Shown here piece by piece: positions 61,983 to 64,000 of a stretch of DNA of 64,000 nt; within the stretch, counting starts at the first letter, position 1; each line of letters begins with the position of its first letter. Location: the NCBI GenBank assembly GCA_965285935.1, contig OZ260666.1, forward strand, positions 52,266,001-52,330,000, read 5' to 3'. Source of the DNA: Ophelia neglecta (Eukaryota). The notes under the pieces were generated by a model that worked only from the letters and a program-made list of their open reading frames with translations, did no database searches and was not told where the DNA came from. A program made the translations under genes and the position numbers.

Positions 61983-64000
61983 ACATGGTAGAGTAAGGCC
62001 TAAGTCTTGTAAGATGAGGACAAACTACCGGTATTAGGTATCAGGTCCCCCGTACATAGCAGAGGATCGTTATGTTTTCATTGAACTGCATCTGATGTTC
62101 CTTGGTTGCTCTTGGTTAAAGCCTAGGGTTTTCACTCACAATTTTAGATATGTATCAAATTTTTGTCTTGGATTGTGTTTGCATTTTCAAAGAACAAGAT
62201 GGCCACCAGGATCACCCAACATTTCCTTTGTCATGTAAAAAAAAAAAAACCCTCATAAGTATTTAGTCCTTTTTGGTGGGCTTCTAGAATTAACCAATGT
62301 CTGGCCTGAAATTGTATTTAGCAACCTTTGAACAAATTTAGTTGCCATGGCAATTGGAAAAAATGACTGATTTTACATTCTGTCTAACTTTTTTAATATG
62401 TTGTTAAAAACAATAAATAGTTCATAATACTTCTGTATTTCAATCCCCATAGCACGTTCGTCTTTAACTTTTAGCATAGTAGTTTTGAAATACAAAGACA
62501 TTTTGTATAAATAAACATGCCAGGACAGTGCTTAAATAACTTGTCCATTATAGCGTGGTTGGTTGAGGTTGATACTGGCATGAATGAGAACAGTGCCTTC
62601 TGAAGGATCTAGACAAATACCAAGCCAGCTCCGGCTGATTTCATCTTCAGGCTGAGCAGTCTGTTGCAAGGGTGATGTTCTACAGATGTTTGAGGCACTG
62701 TATACCTACGACTTCTGTTGATGTACATTTTCAGTTATTGTCTGTCTTCCTTGACAATTGTGTATGTTTGCTGTTTAACGAAGTGTTCTGTGCTAGCCGT
62801 TGTTAATAAATGAAGTGACTTTGTACACAGTAAATAAATAAGCTATAACTCTGAGCAGCAGGATATCAGTGCACACCATTTATAATTAATGTGGAAACAT
62901 TGACCATGTAGTTACCTTGTTTGGTCTGCCTACCAATTAATTTTCTGTACCTCAGGGCAAAGCCTCCACAATGGCATAAATAAATAGATGGCTTGTAATT
63001 CCTCTCTCTGGCTAGGACCCATTAATGTATTCGATACCTCCACCCCCCCCCCCCTTTCTCCCCCATTTGCCAGTGCCCACTCATGGCCTCATTGTGATTC
63101 CAAGCACCCCCCCCCCCCTAGCATTGAGGATAATGTATCTGTATTGTGGGCTTGATGAACTACCTGTCGGAGTCTAATCCTGCTTAATCATTGGCCCTCT
63201 GCTCTCTCATGAATGAGGACTGCGGTGTGTGCAGAAGTGTGGGAAGGCACACAATAGGAGGATAGGGAGAAGAGCCGTATGCTGTCTGCATGTTTATGTT
63301 TATGTCAGGATTGAGATCTGGCACAGGAGCTGGTGTATGTGACTGGGCCAATGTAGCTGTGTGTACTGCCAGTGTGACACTTGTGGAGTTTTCTAGTTAG
63401 ATGGAGCTCTAACAGAAGGCTTGGAGGTTGGTCTGCCATCGATTGTCCATTGCCGCCTGCCGATTGCCGCCTGCCAGAGAGGATCCTTCGTCTGTGTCTC
63501 TCAACTTGGTGGTTACCACTTGTAGAGCCTGCCCACCCTACATGTACAGAAGGTAAGCCTTTACCAAACTTGGCTCCACACACCATCATCATCTGACAGA
63601 CGGAGGGGTGGCCATATACATGCTACACACAGATCCATGCAATATTGATTTCTCAGTTATTTAGCAGCCAAGGTTATTGTTGGCCTCTATTTTGTGTTAG
63701 TAAGCAGTAATTACTAGCTGCAGTTACTAGTATCAGCCACTTGTGTATGGACATGTATTAATGGTATTAATATGTATACTTGTATATGGTATTTCATGGA
63801 GACATGATTTATGCAGCAAGCCCTGTGAGAGGTCACTGCCAGCTTGTTTCAGCATTAAATGGCAACCATTTTCGATCAGGTACTAATGTCGGTATATCAG
63901 ATTCATAGGCCTCAATACCTATTACTTTTAGGTACCAAGTCCGGATGGAACCCTATAGTCAGTTACTGGATACTGGTTACTGATATCCACATTACATGGG

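Noticed and set aside
63381-63596. CpG-rich ORF with AAG|gtaagc donor as the next Trio exon
   Set aside because: No SH3 similarity, no clear phase-0 acceptor and no ATG start; could only be a non-coding exon.

Overview
Animal (bilaterian invertebrate, probably mollusc/lophotrochozoan) genomic DNA. It appears to lie entirely within one large + strand gene of the Trio/Kalirin (UNC-73) Rho-GEF family. I could join 24 GT-AG exons (23297-60680; 3135 nt, 1045 codons, no stop, all phases compatible). They encode spectrin repeats, the first DH-PH (GEF1) module and the Ser-rich linker that precedes SH3. The 5' (Sec14, early spectrin) and 3' (SH3, GEF2, kinase) parts were not found in the window; 1-23296 looks like one >23 kb intron. 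The introns hold several minisatellites, a tRNA-derived SINE with TSD, two Tc1/mariner-type MITEs and a Helentron/DINE-like element. The most striking signal is a set of tandem arrays whose unit is a splice junction of this gene: 16 copies of one donor, about 29 copies of one acceptor, and two older donor arrays, plus one array that starts at a donor. In each junction-spanning array the copy nearest the exon is the one that restores the conserved protein. Also noted: three candidate alternative first exons in phase with the next exon, candidate recursive splice sites, a triple NAG acceptor and a strong excess of TACATGTA. Long ORFs in the supplied track that lie over satellites are artefacts.
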